A stretch of DNA of 64,000 bases from Patescibacteria group bacterium (lineage in GTDB: Bacteria > Patescibacteriota > Saccharimonadia > Saccharimonadales > 2-12-FULL-41-12). How positions within the stretch are numbered: the stretch's first letter is position 1; each line of letters begins with the position of its first letter. Shown piece by piece: positions 63,828 through 64,000 of the stretch. The stretch spans positions 635,004-699,003 of the forward strand of contig JBBTSC010000001.1 in NCBI GenBank assembly GCA_038064875.1, read 5' to 3'. Made by a program: the position numbers and the translations under genes. Under the pieces are notes generated by a model, which did no database searches, had not been told where the DNA came from, and saw nothing but the letters and a program-made list of their open reading frames with translations.

Positions 63828-64000
63828 ATGAGTTCCGGGCGTAAGAAGTTAGCCATCATTGACGGTAAAAGCGTTTTTTACAGAGGCTACTACGCTATGG
63901 GCAATCTTGCTACCAAAGATGGCACTCCGACAGGAGGTGTGTATGGTTTTGCTGTGATGGCACTTGAAGTTATTAAAAGGCTCAATCCTGACTATGTGTG
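63828..64000 (+). CDS. polA: DNA polymerase I, 5'-3' exonuclease domain (5' fragment; continues beyond the window)
   Basis: My own translation from ATG 63828 reads MSSGRKKLAIIDGKSVFYRGYYAMGNLATKDGTPTGGVYGFAVMALEVIKRLNPDYV, a typical PolA/FEN N-terminus. It is not in the ORF track because there is no stop in-window. Confidence 0.8.
   Translation, partial: MSSGRKKLAIIDGKSVFYRGYYAMGNLATKDGTPTGGVYGFAVMALEVIKRLNPDYV

Overview
The window is a densely coded, AT-leaning bacterial chromosome segment read under the standard code (TGA, TAA and TAG all act as stops). I support about 70 protein genes, three tRNAs and no rRNA, CRISPR array or IS element. Gene content points to a reduced-genome, Gram-positive-like organism, possibly Patescibacteria or Saccharibacteria; that placement is inference and cannot be proven from this window. 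The supporting content is a Gram-positive-type T4SS with multiple T4SS-pilin genes, a pyruvoyl arginine decarboxylase, many small membrane ORFs and few biosynthetic genes. Housekeeping genes are valS, argS, groES-groEL (with a CIRCE operator), dnaG-rpoD, tsaD, a MurE-like ligase, glmM, alr, orn, the 5' end of polA, hsp20, comFC, and PyrC-like and PyrD-like genes. The most interesting part is the left 12.7 kb. It holds a type IV secretion-like locus with a PrgI/VirB3-like gene, an apparently split VirB4, a giant VirB6-like protein and seven tandem VirB2-like pilin paralogs. No relaxase, coupling protein or integrase is in view. Other observations worth a second look:
- A 25-nt promoter plus palindromic operator is repeated exactly in front of two unrelated-looking membrane-protein genes.
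- The 3' end of tRNA-Ser is repeated after a highly structured 177-bp insert.
- DnaG has lost all four zinc ligands.
- A 524-aa protein ends in a RelE/ParE-like module.
- A UbiB-type kinase is bracketed by two unannotated overlapping mini membrane ORFs.
- A three-gene block encodes a 1017-aa secreted orphan protein.
All family assignments come from motifs I can read in the translations. No database search was run.
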